A DNA stretch of 64,000 nucleotides from the human T2T-CHM13v2.0 reference genome, Homo sapiens: assembly GCF_009914755.1 (NCBI RefSeq), contig NC_060938.1. One strand, 5' to 3'. Under the pieces are notes generated by a model. That model saw nothing but the letters and a program-made list of their open reading frames with translations, made no database searches and had not been told where the DNA came from. A program made the position numbers and the translations under genes. Shown one piece after another: positions 56,741 through 64,000 of the stretch (position 1 is its first letter; every line of letters begins with the position of its first letter).

Positions 56741-58799
56741 GGGGTTGAGAAGGACAAAGAAGAAAAAAGATAAGAAAACAGAAGAAAGAAATATTAGCCT
56801 CTTGATATTATAAAAACACAAATTAATGTGTTTTTATTTTACCATAAAACAATTCACTTTTGAACATTCAAAACTGTGGCATGTAATCATTTACCTAGTT
56901 GCCACTTTAACCCTATAGACTTTAATTCATCTAATGCAAGTTGGATACAAAAATGATTCTTTTTTCTGAGATATATAGTGTCAAAGCTTGTATTTTCCCA
57001 TATAAAATGAAGCTCACTGCTTTGTAGCTTCTTATTCTCTTATGTCTGTCTAAAAACTTATAATGATAAGCAAAATTTTTAAATTATTTACAAGGATATT
57101 CTCAGTGTCAAATACTTATCTCCATATTCACTTATAAGTCAGTAATTCCACACACTATAATAACTTTTAGCCATCAACCCCGTGTTTCTAAATGTGCACC
57201 TCATTTTCTTTTTTTCTCTCTCTGTTATTTTGTGTCTCACACTTAAAGGCTTTTCTGGATTTATTCAAGAAATGGGAAAAAAGCGATATGTAAAAGAATT
57301 TGAGTCATGATGCAAACACTGTTTTATAAACTGCTTGGGGGGTGCTTTTGGGTTTGTTGTTTTATTTCATTTTAGGCTTTTTTTTACTTGATAATATGTT
57401 GTTAGTTTTTTCCAGTGTCATTATCCTTCCAGTATATACAACATATGATGTAGCTAAACTTCTACTACTGGATATTTTGATTCCTTCCAGGTCTTCAGTC
57501 TTCTAAATAATGCTACAGCAAACATAAAATGGATATAGTTTAATTTTAAAAGAGAATAAGGAAGTTTAAAAGAAGAACACATTAAAATAAATCATGCTTC
57601 CAAGAAAAACTGATAAAGGTCAGATATTTGTTCATATATCAGATGCTAGTCTTCATTGTTCTGTGAGGGCATTAAACTGGTTGCAATTTTTAGGTTAACA
57701 AAACACATCTGGCATTTTATGCAAGTAAGTAATAATTGTTTACATTAAGAACATGATCATTTGAAAACACTGTCTCTGATAAGTAAAGACAATTTGGGGA
57801 AAGACTCAAACACTTTTTTATACAGTTAAAAAGCATGGTATAATCCAAAACTCTCCCACCTCAAATGTCATAACACAGGATGAAATACAAGAAATAACAG
57901 TATGCTATCCAGAGCATGTGAGACCTAGGTTACGGTTTATTGCAAAACAAGCCAATCCAATTCAATAAATACTGACATAAGACACTGTCTTGTGTCCTGT
58001 TGTGCATACAAAAGTGAGCAAGATGGAGACCCTACTTTTAAGGCACTTACAATCTGGTACTTGTGTTAGAAGAAAAGCAGCTCTTTCATAGGAGCAAAGA
58101 GCTAATATAACACACCAGCACTTATTTTCTTAGTGAATCCTTTATAGGAAAAATTGTACTTGCCAAAGAAAATAGGCCAGGGATAGGGCAAATACATGGG
58201 ACACAAGAAGGGATGAGAGCAGGACTGAAAATAGATCCAGATATGAAGAGTAATACTTCTCAAAAATGGCAACAAAAGCAATAAAGCAATAAGAATAAAA
58301 ACCCAAGGGATAAGGCAAGTTAGTTTAAGGCCAAATGATGATGCCAACAGAAATATACACAAGAAACTATGAGGAGTCAGAGAAGGGAAAAACCTGTCTT
58401 GCTTAGGGAAGCATAAATACCTTCAGGTAGATGAGATCTGAGATAAACCTGGCATGAAGACGGGATGTCAGCAGTCCAAGAATAAGAAATGCGAGTGTGA
58501 GTATATCTGTGTTGCCTGGAACTCTCTATGGACCTGTTCCACAGGATAACGTCTACCATGAAACTCAGCTTTTTCTAACTTAAACTGCCTTCTGGGGGAT
58601 AGGAGAGGAGCAATGCTTAATATGGCCCAACGATATCAGTGCTAGCAAAGGGACCCTCTCAACCAGAAGCCACAGATTTTCATCACTCCCATTTACCAAT
58701 TTCCATACCTAGGAATGAAGAATGAATATGAGAATGCCTTCAGTAGAGGCAAAAATGAGGATGGCTAGAGGAGCATAGATTAAGGAAGAGAATGTTTGA

Positions 58800-58990
58800 G
58801 CAGATTATTTCTCAAGCCTGGATAGGCACCAGAATCATCTAAGCTGTTGGTTAAAAATACTGACTCCCTGCTTGACCCACCCACTTCAGAATCACCTACT
58901 GATTCTAATTCAGTAGGTTTAAGCGGGGTAGGAATCTGTTTTGCAAAACCTATTTAAGTGATTGCTATGTGCAGTCAGGTTTAAACTCAA
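58800..58990. mobile_element. MER5-like MITE
   Basis: cagaatcatct...gattctaattcagtaggttt...ggaatctg...gtgattgctatgtgcagtcagg. Confidence 0.65.
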
Positions 58991-59274
58991 TGGTATAATA
59001 TAAAATATCTACATTTCATGATGATGAAGGATATCTAGAGAGGGAAAGAGAGAGTTATCAACCAATCCCTTCTGTATAACATGGATGACTCTCTCTCTCT
59101 GCCTTTCTCTCTCTGTATGTACGTATATATACAGATATACATGTTCCTCTGATTACTCAGTACCTAGATTATTCTTGGCTCATGGTAGATGGTAGGTGAT
59201 CAAAAAATATTTATTGAATGAATTGATTAATTCACAGATATATAAACAGTTATATACATAGAGAGGGAGAGAGT

Positions 59275-59530
59275 CATACACAGGGGATTGGTTCCAGGAT
59301 CCCTGCGTATATCAAAATCCGTGCACACTCAAGTCCTGCAGTTATAACGCCCTGTGGAACCCACATATATAAAAAGTCAGCCCTCTGTACCCAAGGGTTT
59401 CATATCCCCTTGAATATCATATTTTTGATCTGTATTTCTCTAATACTATATTTCTGATCACATTTGGTTGAAAAAATTAACCTATAAGTGACCCACACTG
59501 TTCAAACCAGTGTTGTTCCAGGGTCAACTG
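59275..59530 (+). mobile_element. MER8 (Tigger-derived MITE), left terminus missing
   Basis: ggggattggttccagga...caaaatccgtgcacactcaagtcc...gttcaaaccagtgttgttccagggtcaactg followed by TA. Confidence 0.8.
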
Positions 59531-60459
59531 TATATGCATTTAACCATTTTATATATACATATATATATGTATATATATAATGCTTCTCAGCATCAATGGG
59601 TAGAAAAAACAAATCACTATTTCTCTGGGCAAGTCCCTTAACATAGCTCTACCTCAGTTTTCTCATCTGAAAAACAGAGGATTTGGCCTAGAAAAAAAAA
59701 AAATCAGATTCCTTGTAGTTCTAAAATAACTTGGTTCAGTGCTTAGTTAAATGAGAGCTTTAAAGAAAAATTAACTCACGGAAAAAACATCCCATCTGGC
59801 CTTACTGAAATATTGTGAAAAGTTTTAGGTTCTAAATTAGTTCCTTATATATAGTTTCCTTTTCTTTTTTCTGATCCCCTTTTTTCTTAATATTCTCTTT
59901 AAGCTCACAGAAATGGCATATTTGTTTAAAGAACCATTATAATAATATAAATGTCAGATTCTGTTGTACATGAGTCAAACAATGTACCATTACCAAGTAC
60001 ATGTGGCTTACACAGGATATAAGAGCTTTATTTTATGTTCTTTACATTCTCATGGACCATGTTTAACTTGGCCAGGTGGTGTTTACTCTGTTTTATTCAA
60101 GACAATTTAGTTGTTCCAGAGGTGCTGTAGATCACATGCCACAAGTTGTTCCCTGATACAAGACGTTCCTCTGATTACTCAGCATCTAGACTATTCCTGG
60201 CTCATGGTAGGTCATCAAAAAATATTTATTGAATGAATTGATTAACTCACAGATATATACAAATCTTTCTTTTGGCAAAAGTTCTCACCAGTGGCTCTTA
60301 AGCTATGTGTTTCCATTGATAATTTAGTCTCCCTAATATTCTAACATAATTTTTAACTCTATGGTTTGTATATGGGAGTCCAAGTAAGCTTAAGCCTTTT
60401 AATTACATTCAGATTTTTGTTAAATTTCAGAAAAGATTACTTAGCTATTCTGTTACCTA

Positions 60460-60615
<156 letters not shown>

Positions 60616-61699
60616 TTAGCTTAATTCAACAATGCACTTATTTCAAGTAATCAAAAAGGCAAACTTATAAAGATGGACACATACAACTATGGTTTGTAAT
60701 TGTACAAATAATATAACCTGTTCTTGAAACTGACATAACCAGGTTTGCATGATCATGAGACCTGCAATAAATATCGAATTTATATACAAACTAAAAATTC
60801 CATTTAAACGAAACCAGTTTATAATAATTCTTTCCATTCAAGTATACCCTAAGCTATGAAATCAAAGTGTAGTTAGTAATAAATAATGTTAATGACTATA
60901 AATTACACCTAAAAATTGGTTAATTTATTAAGATTAGGGCTATGGTCACTTCCCTACAAATTGAGAATATTGAAGTTGATAATAAAAGAAAATTGGATGA
61001 CCCCCTGCAAAAATTATATTAATATATTGCTGACATGATGGAACAATTTTTTTGTCCATTAGACTAATCTTGAAAAGTCTAATTTAAAATAGAATTTAAA
61101 AGTCTTCCTTTAAATTAAAATTATTCAAAGATATTTTCAACCACATAATACAGATAATTTAGAAACTATCCGTATTCCAAATAAAAGAGATATTTTTGTT
61201 CTATTTTACACAGAAAAGTAGGTTTGCTTTTGTATAAATTAATATAAAATGATTGAAAATCCAATCATATTAGGCAGTAACTTTAGCAGTTTTGTAAACC
61301 ACATGTTATATGTCAACATTAAAATGAATTAAAATTAAAATAATATTAAAATATATAAGTGAACACATTTTTAATATAAATAATTTAAAAGTAAAAATTT
61401 TTAAAGCAATAATATGCTTCAAAATTTCACCTAAGAAAATTTCCTTTGAACTCATACTCAGGGTAGTATACTAAAAATATAACAAATTTTTTAGAAGACT
61501 TTAAATCCTCATTCATAATTGGTCTTCATAAAAATAATAATGCAATTTAACATTTATTAAGTAGTTGCTGTATAAAAAACTGCTCTGGGTCAAACAGTGG
61601 GATAAAATAAAGATTAGTAAAACACACCCTTTGCTCTCAATAAGTGTGTATGTTGAAAACAAATATGTAACAACAAAATACAACTGCCAGAATAGATAC

Positions 61700-64000
61700 T
61701 AAAGAAGCATGGGACAAAATATGAAAAGCAAAATCTGTTTGAAGCCACTAGGAAGCAACGGAAAGTAGGCACAAACTGGAAAAGATAAACCCTTGAAAAA
61801 GAGAGGCTTTATTAGCTGAGATAGTCATTTAACTGTCTATTCCGCTGAGAGCACTTGCCAGTTTGGGAAGTTCATGGTGTGAAAGAGCTCAAGCAGAAGT
61901 GTCTTACAAGTCTAAGGAGTCAAAGGTCACAATTTGGGGGTGGCAGAGCAACTTGGAGTTGGGGAAATCCTTTAATTGATGGAGTGATAAACTTCCGCAT
62001 AATATACCTCAAATCCTTCTTGTGGCCAAAACTGGGCAGGCATAGGGTGAGACAATAAGGAATCCAGCAGACAGCAATGGTAAAGGGCTAAAGAGATGGA
62101 TAGAAATTTCACCAGCTCCCCGAAGGTAGAAGATGAATTTCAGAGTTCAAGTCCCATCAAGCTAGAGAAGCTTGAAAAACACCTCAAGCCTTCCATCTAA
62201 ACAGAGAAGGCCATGCATTAGGAGTAAGAAACAAGTCATAGGATGAACGGATATGCCCTGGGACTAAAATAAAAAATGTAGAAATTAGACCAACACGAAA
62301 AATAATCTTAAAATCAAGTCTCTTCATGATCAAGGTCATCCATCAGTAATTTAACTGCCTGATTTTTAAAAAAATGTAATTCTCCTCAGAGGAAAACAAT
62401 GAAATCCCAAATCTCTACAATGTATTGATATAATGTCCCAGAAACAATCAAAAATTATTAGACAGGCAAGAAATGGAAAACCCTACAATTACTATGGAAA
62501 AAAGTAGGCAGTAGAAAAAGAAGTCAATAGGTAAACACAGAAATAATGCAATCTCTGAAATTAAAAATTTATTGGATTGGTTTAACAGCAGATTGGACAC
62601 TAAAAAAGAAAGAACAATTTGAAAACACATCAATACAAGCTATTGCAAACTGAAGTAAAAGAGAAAAAGATTGAAGACATGTTCTGTGGGACAATATCAA
62701 GCAATCTAAAATATATGTAGTTGAGTCTGAAAAAAAAACAAAAGAGAGCACACATGTTATTGGACGATATGATAGCTAAAATTTTTCCAGATAGAATGAA
62801 AACTAGCAACTCAGTAAACCACAAGAGAGATAAACATAAACAAGCTACAGTAGGAATACCTTTCTTGGTCTTTTGTTCCACATCAAAAAGTGTTCTATTT
62901 TCTGCAAATTGATCTACAGATTCAATACAATCACAATGAAAATGACAACAGGCTTTTTTGAGGAAATTGAAAAATTATAAAAGTTTGTGAAAATGCAAAT
63001 TAAAGTAGTTAAAAATAAAATATGAAAAAGTAGAACAAAGTTCTACTATAGTAATTAAGTAAACTATAGTAATTAAGTAAACTATAGTAATTAAGATGGT
63101 GTGGAAATGGAGTAAGGACAGACAAGTAGACCAATAAAACAAAATGAGTTCAGAAACAGGCCCTCACATACAACGTCAACAGCTTTTTTGCAAAGATGCC
63201 ACGCCAACTGAATAGGTAAAGTCTTTTTCAATGAATTTTATTGAAACAACTAGATATCCATATGAGCAAAAATTGAAACATGACCCCTACCTCATACACA
63301 AAAATAATTTGAAGTGGGTCATAGATGTAAATATAAAAGGGAAAATTATAAACCTTCTAGAAGAAAACATAGAAGGAAATCTTTGCAATCATGAGGAAGA
63401 CAAAAATTTCTTATATAAGCCTCATATAGCAATCACCATAAAAGAAAATGTTGATAAATTAGGCATCATCAAAATTACTGTCAACTACTCATTCAAGGAC
63501 ATTCTCAAGAAAATGAAATGGAAACCTACAGCCTGGGAGAAAATACTTTTGATACAGGTATCTGAGAAAGAACTCTTATCCAGAAAATACAAAATATTCC
63601 TACAAAAGAACAAACAACCCAAGTATCAAAATAAGCAAGTAACTTAAACAGACATTTCACACACAGAAAAGAGAAACAACAGCCAATGAGCACAAGAACA
63701 AGATGCTTACAATCATCATGCATCAGGAAACATGAACTGAAAGCACAACGATATACTGCTGCTCAATTACTAGAGTAGTTTTAAAGATTAGCAATACAAC
63801 ATTGTTGATGAGAATCAAGAACTAGTGCTCCTTATAAAATGCTAGCAAGAATGTAAAATGGTATGATCACTTTGGAAAACAGCTTCTTGTAAAGTTAAAT
63901 ATGTATCTATGACCCAGAAATTTCACTTCTAGGTATTTATGCAAGTGAAATGAAAACATATGTTTACAAAAAGACTTGGAGGAAAATGTTCACATCAGAT
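61700..64000 (+). mobile_element. old L1M fragments (5'/ORF1 pieces and ORF2 3' part), continuing beyond the window
   Basis: ORF 63231..63647 (DPYLIHKNNLKWVIDVNIK...LLEENI...AWEKI) is L1 ORF2-like; aaattgatctacagattcaatacaatc motif. Confidence 0.75.
63045..63095. repeat. 18-bp tandem repeat x2.8 (actatagtaattaagtaa)
   Basis: Perfect copies start at 63045, 63063 and 63081. Confidence 0.95.

Overview
Primate, most likely human, genomic DNA from inside the KCNH5 gene (EAG2/Kv10.2 voltage-gated K+ channel), transcribed on the minus strand. Five consecutive internal coding exons (exons 2-6 by recalled numbering; 124, 107, 129, 116 and 393 nt) all have GT-AG sites. They splice in frame to encode the PAS/PAC (eag) domain, the calmodulin-binding linker and S1-S3. 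Exon 1 lies to the right of the window and exon 7 to the left. The rest is AT-rich intron containing Alu, L1, L2/MIR, MaLR/ERVL/ERV1 solo LTRs and Tigger/hAT/mariner DNA-transposon relics. Apart from the three ORFs overlapping exons 3, 4 and 6, the ORF track appears to be repeat-derived or chance. I see no evidence of a new gene or multi-gene system. The best leads are RNA-processing and genome-dynamics features: a ~490-bp binary hexamer repeat reading as a YCAY array on the pre-mRNA, an AluJ-derived candidate poison exon, +4 tandem donors on two consecutive exons, inverted THE1 LTRs bracketing exons 5-6, a 95-bp templated duplication inside a compound palindrome, and an Alu enclosed by perfect 26-bp inverted repeats. 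Repeat subfamily names and residue numbers are from memory, not from a database search.
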